Source of the DNA: Lama guanicoe
Lineage: Eukaryota
Direction: 5' to 3'
NCBI GenBank assembly: GCA_013239625.1
Contig: MU056050.1
Location: 5,837,366 to 5,901,365 of the forward strand
DNA: 64,000 nt
The translations under genes were made by a program, and so were the position numbers. The notes beneath the pieces were generated by a model. The model ran no database searches, was not told the origin of the DNA, and was given only the letters and a program-made list of their open reading frames with translations. Positions 52,960-64,000 of the stretch are shown here, piece by piece. The stretch's first letter is position 1, and every line of letters starts with the position of its first letter.

Positions 52960-53276
52960 TGTATGTGCTGGCTTGCCATTAAAGGAAGGGGCATTCCCTC
53001 CCTTGCCCCTTTCTGACTCCCTGCAGCCTGGAATAAGGATGCATTGTCTAGAGCTAAAGCAACCATCCAGGAATATGCCGTGACCTTGGGAATGAATACT
53101 GCACACAAATGAGCAACAAGATAGAAGGACCCTGGGTCTTGAGACGGTAGAGCATCCTAGCAGCTCCATAAGATCTAGCCCCAGCGTCTTCTATGAGTGA
53201 AAAATAAGCTGTCCTGTTCAAGCCCTTGCCATTTGGATTCTGCTACTGGCAGCCAGACCTAATCCTAAGTAAAACA
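52960..53276 (+). mobile_element. MaLR solo LTR (MLT1J-like)
   Basis: gcctggaataaggatgc...caagatagaaggaccctgggtc...ggcagccagacctaatcctaagtaaaaca. Confidence 0.7.
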
Positions 53277-53701
53277 ATTCCCGTTAACTACAACTTATGC
53301 ATCTCGCTTTAATCAGCAATACAAAATCTCTGCAGTTGAGACAGTTGCTAGACAGCTCAAGCTTAAATCAATAGCTATCCACCTTCTGCCAAAAGGCAAG
53401 TTAAAGCAACTAATAGTCAAGAACTGAATAAAAGACAACGCTATTCATCCATCCCTTGATCATTCTACACTGTCTGCATGCACTCACATCAGCACAAAGC
53501 AGTACAGTCTGGCTGTGGTTTCACTCCTCTGACGAAGGCTTTTCACTCAAGTATAAGTTGATAACATGATCTCTCATCTGGAGGGGTGGAGAGCAAAAGG
53601 AATTGTGTATAAAACCCCGTGACAGAGCAGGAGAGTTGGTGGAGTGTTCTGCAGTTTCCTCTCCGTTGGTTGGATCAGGATTACCTGTGGCACTGATATT
53701 T

Positions 53702-53831
53702 AAGGGAAACACAATTTATTTTCCAAATTAGCACACTTTTAGGAGTGAAAAAAGACACTACTAATCCATACATCAGGAAACGGGCGTAAGCCGGGACTGT
53801 CCTTGGCAAAAAGAGATGCATGGTCACCCTG
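53702..53831. mobile_element. MER94-like hAT-Blackjack element
   Basis: aatttattttccaaattagcacacttttaggagtgaaa...gggcgtaagccgggactgtccttggcaaa...atggtcaccctg. Confidence 0.7.
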
Positions 53832-54116
53832 GCATGGAGAGACAGTTCTCTTGGTCAGACTTAGATTAAGTCAGTATGCATTTCTTTACTAAAATACCAG
53901 TGACACTGCCTGAAATTCTTATATTGTCACAAAACTGCTGGAAACCAAAAACCAAAAACCAACAACAACAACAACAAACTAAACAGGGAAAGTGATCGGG
54001 TCAGACAGCAAAGCCCAAGTTAGGTTAATTTAATTGCAACTGCTATAGAAGGGAAATATTCCAAAGCTGAGAAAAGAGGCTTACCATACATGTGACTGAT
54101 GCAGTATAAAGATTTA

Positions 54117-54250
54117 AACCCTCATCCCTCACTTTGCCTTTAAAAATGCTTTGCTGAAACCGTTTGTGGAGTTTGGGCGGGGGTGGGGGAGGCATAAGTC
54201 TGCTCCGCCCTGCAATAAACCTTTCTCTGCTCCAAAAAAACAAAACAAAA
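54117..54250 (+). mobile_element. ERV LTR U3/R fragment ending in an A-tail
   Basis: tttgcctttaaaaatgctttgctgaaacc...ccctgcAATAAAcctttctctgctcc followed by aaaaaaacaaaacaaaa. Confidence 0.6.
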
Positions 54251-54789
54251 CAGACTAAGTCCAACAGAGTATGTAAAGCCATTCAAATATTATTATAGTC
54301 ATTTGGTTGTTATTCATGAACTCATTCAGAAACTACTCCACTAAGTACCACACAGGACAAAGTGAAAGGAGGCTCCACAGCTCTTGGCAGCTACACGTTT
54401 CAAATGTCATCCTTTTTTTCCCCTTTTTAATCCTTCTCTTCTCTCTTCTCCTTTTTCAGACAGGTCCAGTGTCAATTTGGGTTTTTTGTTTTTGTTTTTT
54501 TTTCAATGCTATCTATCATTAGTCTGGTTATGACCACTTAACCCTGTCTGTGCAGAATAAATACAGGCTTAGCAAATACGCTAGATGAGTTACCTGACTT
54601 TGGGCTTATGCCCCAGTAGGCTGGTGTCCAACCCCACTTTCATTGCATCCTCCAGTACGGCAGAACCTCATCCACAGACACAGATGTGCATCTTTCTGCT
54701 TCTGAACTCGTCAATAATGAATATAGTTCCGTAGGGCTTTATTCCCTAGTATCAAAATCCTTGCTTTGGTAACTATATTATCTCACTCT

Positions 54790-54793
54790 CACA

Positions 54794-54830
<37 letters not shown>
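54790..54830. repeat. (CA)n microsatellite
   Basis: About 20 CA units with one interruption. Confidence 0.95.
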
Positions 54831-54832
<2 letters not shown>

Positions 54833-55814
54833 CTAACTAGTCCACATACAGTATTTTTATTATATCTATATTTAAAATAGTCTTTATATAGAGACCTATA
54901 AAACATCCTAAGGTGAACTCATAATTCAAAGCACCACTGGCTTATTTAGCATCATTTAGCCAGTATTGATACTGAATGCTAACCCATTTGACAGCTTATA
55001 ATTCACTGTTTGGAAATAGAGGCCTTTAATAGAACTCAGGCTCGAGGCCCACAGAAAAGAGAATTTCATGGGAAATATTTTTTGATGCTTTAACTTTAAA
55101 ATGCGCTCCTTTCAACCCCAGCCTGTCAAGCAGTTAATGATCATAAACACATGCTTGAATGCACTCAAAAGATTGCTATTTAAAGCAAAATTACAGTCAA
55201 TCTTCCAGTAGAGCAAAATCTTTTCCTGAAATGGGAATAATCATCCCCTAATTCATATATTTGGAAAAAGTTTTATATCTACGGTTTCTGAAAACTTCAC
55301 TCTTCCTTCAATTCAGGTCAACAGGTATTTACTAAATGCTTAGAGTCATCTCTCCTCCCTTTCTCATCTAAGTGAGCAGAGAGCACTTTCCCGCCTTGGG
55401 TCAGGTGCCAATCCCTCAAATAATCCACACTGTCCAAGAGGTGGGATCGCATTGTAGCAGCTTGGTGATTCCTGTGGAAACCATGTAGATGTGGGAGGGG
55501 AATGCAGAGGAACAGATCCTAGGAAAGGGGGTGGGTGTTCCAGGCATAGAACAGTTGCCCACTCTAGCCTAACATACAAAAGAAGCTTATAGTGCAAGCT
55601 TGTCTTTAAGAAAATTATATCATTTTCCCATTCCCGAGATTTTTTGAATTAAAAAAAATCTTTCTAAAAAGAAATGAGAATCTTGACTCTTCCATTAGGA
55701 GAATCAAGTTTCAGCTCTATCACAATTCAGCAAGGTGGCTATTTCCTTGGGTCTTCATTTCCTCATCTATCAAAACAAGGAGGCTGGACTAGATGGTTTT
55801 TAAAGTCTGTCATC

Positions 55815-57200
55815 CTTCCTACCTAGTGATATTGCACCATTCTATCTATCCACCCAATGGCTCAAGCCAGAAATCTAGAAGTCACTCTGAATTCTTTCTT
55901 TTCTCTCATCCTCTAAATCGAATAACCCTCCCCATCAAAAACCACTGCCCCCAGTCTCCCTCTTCTTAGCATGTGATAATTTTAATTTCTTCCAGTTGCT
56001 CAGACTGTATCATCTTTGACTCCTTTCTTTGTCTTGTAACCCACAGGTAATTAATTGATCAGTAAATTCTTAACCTTCAAAATTTACACAAAATCTAACC
56101 CTTTCACAATCCCTTTGCTGCTGCCACCCAAATCCAAATCACCATCATCTCTAGTCTAGATGACTGAAATAGCCTCCTGAATGGTTCAAGGCTTCCTCTG
56201 TCGCCCACTTACAGGCTGTTGTCAACACAAACCCAGAATGATCCTGTTCAAATGTCAACTGTTACAGACTCCTGCTCAAAGCCCTCCAAGGGCTTCCCAT
56301 CTTATTATCTGAAAAATCAAGGTTCTTACAATGACCCAACATGAGCACCCCCAATGCAGAACACCTTAATCTCGGTTATCAATACTCTCCCCCTCACCCA
56401 CTCTGATCTAGACACACTGGCTTCTCCTCTGTTCCTCAAAATGCCAAGTACATTCCTGCCTCCTGATGTTCTATTTGCCTAGAAAACTTCCCCAATATGA
56501 CCACACAGGTTGCTATCTTATTTTCTTCAAGTATCTGCTCTAATGTGACTTTTTTGAGAGCTTTTCCCTAAACCACACTTTGTAAAACAGGAACCCCAAA
56601 CCCATCCCAGTATTCTCTTGATGTCCTGCCCTACTTCATTCTTGTCTATTACTCTTCTCCCATCACCACTGGCCATATTACACTTTACTTGTGTGTTTAT
56701 TGTCTGTATCTTCCCACTAGTCTATAGACTCCATGAAGACAGGGATTATGTATTTTGCTCTCTTATTTGTCCCCAGTACCTACAACAGTGCTTGACACAA
56801 AAGAGGCACTCCAATATTTGGTGGATGAACAATTAAATGATTATAATTCATCAGCAGTTCCTCTCAATTCTAATCCCAAAATGTATGCCAAATTGGCTTA
56901 TTTCTCTCCAACCCACTGGTGTGACCTAGCTTTAATCTCCACATCACTCTTACCTGGACCTGTGCGGTAGTCTTCTGCCTGGTCTTCCCACCTCTATTCT
57001 CATCCACTTCCTACATTTTTCAGAGCTGTTTTCTAACAATGTCTATCAGGTCACATTCTCACCCACATCAACATTTTTCAGAGCTGTTTTCTAACAATGT
57101 CTATCAGGTCACATTCTCACCCACATCAAACTCTCCAATGGCTTCATGCTGCTTTTAGGATCAAATTCAAACTCCTTCAAAGCCAAACATGATCTAACTT
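55815..57200 (+). mobile_element. L2 remnants, one L2 (about 55950-56835) apparently nested in another
   Basis: ggctcaagccagaaatctagaagtca; caccatcatctctagtctagatgactgaaatagcctcct; L2 terminus gaggcactccaatatttggtggatgaac at about 56803-56830, then L2 text resumes. Confidence 0.75.
57013..57128. repeat. Exact 58-bp tandem duplication
   Basis: acatttttcagagctgttttctaacaatgtctatcaggtcacattctcacccacatca at 57013-57070 and 57071-57128. Confidence 0.97.
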
Positions 57201-57223
57201 CTGCCAAACCTTCAAACATCATT

Positions 57224-57334
57224 GGGGGGGGGGTAGGTTTATTTATTAATTTTTTTAAACGGAGGTACTAGGGATTGAACCCAGGACCTCATGCATGCTA
57301 AGCACACACTCTACCACTGAGCTATACCCTCTCC
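57224..57334 (-). mobile_element. tRNA-derived SINE, camelid Vic-1-like
   Basis: Reverse complement ggagagggtatagctcagtggtagagtgtgtgcttagcatgcatgaggtcctgggttcaatccctagtacctcc. Confidence 0.9.
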
Positions 57335-60300
57335 ACCTATAACCTCATTTTAAACAAGCTTTGTCAACATTTCTATTTTTCTATCCCTAGAAATAACCAT
57401 CTGGGAGCTTTACATTCGCTGTTTGTTCTATCAGGGTCTCTTCTCTTCTGACTTTTCCTTCGTCTTAGAATGTATTCAAATTTGTAACAAGAATTGTATT
57501 TGTATGTTTACGGGATTAATGCCTGCCTGTGCAGCTTCTCTAAGCTCTGTGAGGTCCTTATTTCAATCTTATTTGTTTTGTTTACCACCAAGTATCCAAT
57601 GCTTAGCTAAGTATTTGGAATACATTCAACGAATCTGCATGAAATGATTTAGTCTAAGCCAATGAAATTTAAGCCTATGTTATTTGTTAATGTGTATAAC
57701 TAAGTTTCTTGTTAAGTTTCCAGTTTTGAGGTTAAGCTCCAGATAATCTCTCATAAACCTAAAGAAAGTATAGCTTTCTTATTCGACCTTGCTCTTTGCA
57801 AGTAAATAAAGACCCTTGTGGGAAATAAAGTGCAGCAGTGAAGGTAACAAGCAGTTCTGACTATTAACTCTTTAGTCACGGCTTCTCTTGAGGTGGGGGA
57901 AGTCTGAGAAATTTTCTATGGGACTTCTGTCTATATAAGCAATTTGATTTAAAAATGGATCACAAAATGAACAGGCCAATGGGAAATACAGTGATTTATC
58001 AATGAAGATTAAGAAATGATGGGTACAAAAGAGACACTTGTGTATTTGTTTCTTGTCTAATCTATGTGCATGAAGATTCTTCTTAGTGTTTGGGTTCCAT
58101 CTCCCCTTGTGCTTTATTGTCACATATGCCACTCTTGGCTAATTTCACATTGGCCACCATGAGAAGAACAGTGATGCTGTTATTCATGCTGCTGTGGCTC
58201 TTCAGAACCGATCTGTATTGAGATGGTGTAGATCTATTTGACGCTGATTACATCATTGCTTATGATGCTGTGTTATCCATGCATGCCCCACTCCCATTAA
58301 TGCTTCCAATTACTCTGAGAAATTGCTATTGTGTTTCATTCATGATGATCACAAATGCCAACCCTGTCCAGGGTATGCAGCAAAATTTAAATGATGATTT
58401 CTTCTCTGGTGATGTTAAATTTTTACCATTTAGGGTTTTACAGCATAAACATAGAACATCATAACCCCCACTCAGGTCTTTTTAATATTTTAAGCCACAA
58501 TTATTGCATTCCTAGAATATTACTGCTTTCGGTGTTGACTGCACCCTTGACTTTCATACACTCACACCAGCTGGGAGGATAGGCAAGGGGCCCACGGACA
58601 GCATGAGAAGAGTTGTTCTACTCATGCAAGGGATGTCTGTCCCTCATCTGGCACAGCTTAAGATCAGCCTCAGAGAACAAGACATCCCCATGTCAATCAG
58701 AGGCAAAAGAGGACATGCATAGGGAAAACCTGTTGGTAGTACACAGCAATGATCTCAAAAGTCCTGAGAGGAAGGTGGGACCATCCACAGAGGACCATGT
58801 AACACATGACACAGAGCCTGTGGGAAAGGATGTGGTGACTGTCCTGGGTGCCAGCAGTAGTGGAGGGAGCTAAAAGATACTTGCAGGTACCCCGAATGCC
58901 CTCTGGTGATAAAGGCATAAGGCTTATTCGTGGTTGGAATGTAGATTGGAGAGCCAGCATGTAGCTCAATGAACACAGGATGAACTTAGGGTTCCAATGT
59001 GAGTGAGGGTCAACCCAAATCAACATCACAGTACCAGTAGTGGCAGCCTAAACTTCCATAGTCGTGGGAAAGAAATACTTTACCAAGCCAAAAGGAGCTA
59101 TTGGCTTACCAGGCCACCTTCATAGGAAAGAATGCAATTCACAAGCCTGTGAAAGGATTTTTACAGGAGTTCTGGAGCAACTTGAGGCATCTGGTCAACC
59201 CCAGGGCGAGAACAGAAGAGAAAACAGTGCCCTGACACAGAGAAACAGGGACTGAGACTCACAGTTACCAGCCCACACTGAAGGAAGCTCACCTGGACAG
59301 CCTTAGCGATGCCTCAGAAAATCTTGAGGAAGTCACTTCGAAGTGCAGGGATCCCTGAGGTGTGGGCTTAGCGAGACCTTAGACTAGCCCAGGTCTAAGA
59401 GGGCACTGTGTCACACACACACACACAAGCAACAGCTTTATTTTCTTTATTCAGGGTGGGCAATTTCTCCAGCTTGTCCTTTGCTGAGTAGCCAGAAGCA
59501 AAGCCCAAACCCTTTCACTGTCCCAGTTGATCATTAAAGAACAGCAACTCCCCGATTTTCTATGCACTATGTACGTTATGTACTATGCCCAAGAGACACT
59601 AGTTTTGGATTCAGTTGTAGGTATTATTATAGATCTTTTATACTGTCTTTCAGGAAATATGCCAAAGGTGCTAAGGAAGTGCCTGCAATCATCAATGTGT
59701 TCCTCACCTCTAATTTCCAGACCTTTTTAGTCTTCAATAGCTGGACAAGCAAAGCGGTTTCTTTGCTCCCAAAGGGCCAAGGACATGGGGATGGCTTGGT
59801 GAAAGACATCCACATCAGTTTAAAAAGAAAGTACAAAAACAAAGCAAACGAACTAAGAAGTTTGGGCATCCCAATCAGATCACTCTCTCCCCCAGATCAC
59901 CGCCTTCCCGGTAAACTTCCTTCTATAAAACATTAAGATTAGCAGAAAATCAAGCTGTCCCTTTGAGTGCATTTTCCTCTTTTGTCTAAAGCCTGTGAAT
60001 TAAAACTGCTATTTTTGGCAGATTTGAAAATAGGATGTGGGTATAGAAAAGATGCCATGGGTTTTCTTCTTGAGCCATTTGAAAGGAAGTGCTGAGGAAG
60101 GCATCGTTTTTAGTGCTCTTTTAGCGACTTGGGAAGAATTCGACTGCTTTACTGCTTGTGAACACACAGACCCCAGGGCCCTATATTCTTAGGGAAAAAT
60201 GAGCTTTGGGACCTGAAGAGCCTCCAGAGGCCCCTTTTATTGCTTACAAACTTCCTCTGTGATTAAGATCCATACTGGACCTCAGTAGTTAGGTAGCACA

Positions 60301-61762
60301 AACCCCCACATATGCATATCAGCCAGCCAATTTCCTCTCGGCCTAGGGGTTCCCAGACAAGTGCAAGAATTGGGTGGTTTTATTCCTTTCGGAAATGAAT
60401 TGTAAGGCTGGTATCTGGAATCTATTATAATGAACACCTTAGGTCTGCTACACAATGGTCCTTTGCAAAGTGGTTTCTCTTTTAGGCAAAGGCAGTTGTG
60501 GCTTTAGAAAGTGGTTTTCTTTTTTTCCTTCTGTGTCTTTTTTTTTTTTATCAGACTATGAGGGCAGGAGAAAAATAGAAAATTTGTTTTAATGCAGCTG
60601 AAGGGAGGGAAGCAGAGTGGTGTGGGGGGGTAGAGTCTAAACTTTCTCACACAGGCACCTGAATGCTGTGAAAAGCCTACCCGGTTAAAAAAGAAAGAAG
60701 TTTTGTATTCCACATGAATTTCTATGCCTCACATGTGAGTCAAAGATAACAAGAGGTAACTTAGCTTTCCTCGGAAAGGCAAATACAGCGGCAAGTTTCT
60801 TTAACAGACTATTCAGTGCAGAAAATGCTAACTGCATTTCATTAAATGAAAGTAGAATTCACCAATCTATGATTAAATTTTAACATGGATAACCAAAGAG
60901 CGTCTGGTTTGATTGAATTATAAATTAAAAAGGTCAACTCTTGTCTCTCAAACCCTTAGAAGTTTGTTCTCTTAGAACGTGTCTACATAGGTACTGAGTC
61001 ACTGTTTGCAACGCCATCAAAATAAGCCACAGACCTTACTGCCTGTGATACAGCTTCACTACACTTATTCCTTCTTCCAAATTGATGGTGATCTCATCCC
61101 TTTTGCCAGTTGTCGAGCAGGGTGGGTAGAGAGGTGAAGGTCACATCTCCATCCGGGCACCGCGGCTTCAGTCCTCACCTCCCCACACAGCAGCTCTGAC
61201 ACAGGTCCTCTGTGTTCCCCCAATGCAACTGGAATTCTCACCTGCACTTGAGCTTACTTCCTTCCCACTCCTCACCCTTGAAACTCTCACCCTTTAGCTC
61301 AGGTAACATTCATCCCTGATTTTTTTTACCTTTATGCCTTGACCGCTCTTTTCGGAGCTTTGTTTTACTTTGTTCTTCTCTGCCTACTCTTTAAACGTTG
61401 GTGTCCTCAGGGTCCTGTTCTCAGTCCTCTTCTTACAGTTTTACATGCTCTTTTGAGATCATCTCATCAACAACTACCTATTTCCATTTGCTCGCTAAGT
61501 CAGTCAAGAGAGAGAAAGAGACTGAGACCGCACAGACATATAAACTTGAGAAAACTGGCTGAAATGGACTCAGCACCCTGCAAAAAACCCACACCCATCC
61601 TCTTGTAATCTGTATCTCAGCTAAAGTTACCATTCCTGCCAACCGCTGAGAATCATCTGTGATTTCATCTTTGACAGTGGTTATCTGTCCTTACCGCTAC
61701 CAATCAAGAGCTAAGAGAACAATCCTCTAAGCCCCACTGAGTTCATCCCCTCGTAGCCTCCT

Positions 61763-62176
61763 TGTTAAAGAAAAAGAGGATTCTGACACTTGTTAACACA
61801 GTATGAAGAATTTATTCGAGACTATTGCAAAAGGGGTATAATAGGGGAGAGAGATGGGGGTTCAACTCTAAATGCAGCAAAGACTGTTGGGGAGTTTTAG
61901 CTAATGAGCAGCGTGAGGGGATCAGTGGATGAAAATTGCTGAGTGGAGACTTTAGAGGTGGGGAGATTCTTGCTAAATGGACTTCACAGGATTCTTGGTG
62001 AAAGCAGGCCAGGGTGACCAGATATCAAGGGTGAGGGGCTATCTTGAAACCGACTTAGGATTCTCACTAAAACTGGACTTAGCAAGGATGGACATGGAAG
62101 TCCCAGATCGAGGCCTAGCGTGAATAGGGCTCAGAGGAGCCTCATTCAAGTTTGGTCAAGGAGAGAGCCTTTGTCA
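61763..62176 (-). mobile_element. ERV1 solo LTR (MER31-like)
   Basis: Reverse complement starts tgacaaaggctctctccttgaccaaacttgaatgaggctcctctgagccct, matching the MER31 start as recalled; TG...CA termini. Confidence 0.7.
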
Positions 62177-62404
62177 CGCTGCTCCACTTTTGTCCAGGCC
62201 CTTGTTATCGCTTTCCTCAGTTGTTGTACTAGTCTCCTAACTGTGGCCTCTCCCTCTAGTTTCTAACCCCTAATACCTCTCCTCCTCATTCTAGCCAGAG
62301 CAGTCTTTCTAAAATATGTTTCTGATCAAGTCCTTCACCTTCTCAAGAATCCAACTTCAATAGACCCCCACTGACTACATATATAATTCAGTATCTTTAC
62401 AGAA

Positions 62405-62660
62405 GAACAACAGTTACAACTTATTGAAGACTTACTATGTCTCAGGCCTTATGCTAGGCACATGGCAAACATTAGACTTTACTTAACAAATTAACCCTCA
62501 CTACAATCCCATAAGTTGTTCCAATTAGTATTCCCATTGCATAGGTCCTCATCCAAGATACAGACTGATAACTTGCCCAACGTCACGTAGCTAGGGAGTA
62601 GCAGTGCCCAAGTTTGAACCTGTTCCATCTGATCCAGAACCATGTTGTTATATAGCTGCT
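62405..62660 (-). mobile_element. MIR SINE remnant
   Basis: acttattgaagacttactatgtctcagg...ataacttgcccaacgtcacgtagctag...tttgaacctg. Confidence 0.7.
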
Positions 62661-64000
62661 CTCCTTCACCATCTGGCCTCAGCTGTCTTTCCAGCCTCAT
62701 TGCCATGATGCTCCCCTATATTTTGTCAGCACTCCAGACACCCCAAACTATTCAGCATTTTGCAAGGACACCATTATGTCCATCTTTCATGCTTCTGCAT
62801 CTTTATACGTACTATCCCTTCTGCCTAGAATATGTTGTTTCATCTCCCAGACTTCATGAATTTCTACTCGCGCTCCCAGAGCTAGCTCAAAACTCATGAC
62901 CACAGTGTAGACCTGCCCGGCCTTCCCAGTTAAGTCATTTCATCGTGTTGAACTACATTGCCTCGTACACACAAAGGAATGGAAGCTCAGTGGAGACAGA
63001 GGCTGTCTTCTTTACGCATTGCTGTTTCTCTGGCATCCAGTACAGTACTTGACACAAAGAAGGCAGTCAATAAATGTGTGTCGAAAGGGTGAATTTAAAA
63101 TACCTTTCTCGTTATCACTTAAATACAACACTGGAATTAATTCACATGGCTATCTCTCATTCTATACTTTAATTAAGCCCCTAGGGTGGAACCACATTTT
63201 CTTGTCATATCCATTGTTCCTAATGCAATGTATGACTCAGACTAGGTATGGATTAAATATTTATTTAAAAAATAGATGTCTGAAATTCATACTATAGACA
63301 GCCAACACTTGGAATAAGGTTTTGTGGCCCTAACAATTTCCTCTTGACATGCTATTATGCCTGAGGAAAGCACAGAAGCCACACTTTGGCAATTATCGGG
63401 TATAAGGACCCGTAGCAGAGACTGATCAGCCAGACTGACTGCCAGTGTGACAGCTGCTGGCAGGTGGGTCCTTGGATAGGACAGAACATTGTGCGGGACA
63501 ACAGGTCCATAACAAGGGACATGGTTAGAGGTCCCGGTGCTATCTGAGGGTTGCCTCAAGGCACTCAATGTCTTAAGGAAGAAGAAAGGCTGGTGTAGTT
63601 GTCAATGTCTCTATGTATCAGGTGCCTGAAAGTGGAGAGTGAAACAGATGGTCAAATCAACTGGTTGCTAGTTGGATGAGGAAGACATTGGCCTGGAAAA
63701 TTCACAGGTGGAAAAGATTCTCCTACAATTTTACCATTCTAAACAGGTAAGTCTTACACGGAAACACCGACAGCAGACACCAAAGAACAGATACTAAGTG
63801 GATATTCTGAAGAGAGAGGGAAATGTCTCCATTCTGCTGAGTGCCGACCCTGAATTAGGCTTTGTGCCACTTTAGGCTCTGTGCTGGCGAGCACTCAGTC
63901 AGGCCTGTGGCTGCTGGCAAGGGCCCCAGACACTGCATGAAACCAGCAAGACCTCCGACAGGGTCCCTACTTCCTCGAAGGCGCATATCCAAAAGCCTCC

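Larger units (their letters stand above)
61240..63080 (+). mobile_element. L2 remnant interrupted by an LTR and a MIR
   Basis: ctctttaaacgttggtgtcctcagggtcctgttctcagtcctcttct; terminus gacacaaagaaggcagtcaataaatgtgtgtcgaa. Confidence 0.65.

Noticed and set aside
1493..63568. The many 60-180 aa ORFs in the six-frame track
   Set aside because: Apart from L1-derived pieces none resembles a protein I recognise; their lengths fit chance ORFs and many lie in repeats.
1..64000. CRISPR arrays, operons or other prokaryotic systems; CpG island promoter
   Set aside because: Sequence is mammalian and CpG-depleted; no repeat-spacer array, dense coding structure or CpG island is visible.

Overview
Mammalian genomic DNA, probably camelid: three copies of a short tRNA-derived SINE resemble the camelid Vic-1 type, and the younger L1s are of cetartiodactyl type. 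I see no recognisable protein-coding exon, RNA gene or CpG island, so the window reads as deep intron or intergenic sequence. Much of it is transposable-element debris: a 5-kb decayed L1 (5.9-10.9 kb), a nested L1 cluster (33.9-38.2 kb), further L1 fragments, many L2/MIR remnants, MaLR/ERV solo LTRs and short DNA transposons. Between these lie repeat-poor AT-rich blocks with clustered developmental TF motifs (possible enhancers). The only ORFs with recognisable homology are L1 ORF2 pieces. The most unusual observations are structural: a ~335-bp L1 5'-end/3'-end fusion with an apparent target-site duplication, an orphan L1 5' end 940 bp upstream of a 5'-truncated L1, an ORF1+tail L1 joined at microhomology, a polyadenylated LTR retrocopy, a twin-priming inversion and an exact 58-bp tandem duplication. 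I found no convincing novel biological system. Repeat family names come from remembered consensus sequences, not a search, and boundaries of old repeats are approximate.
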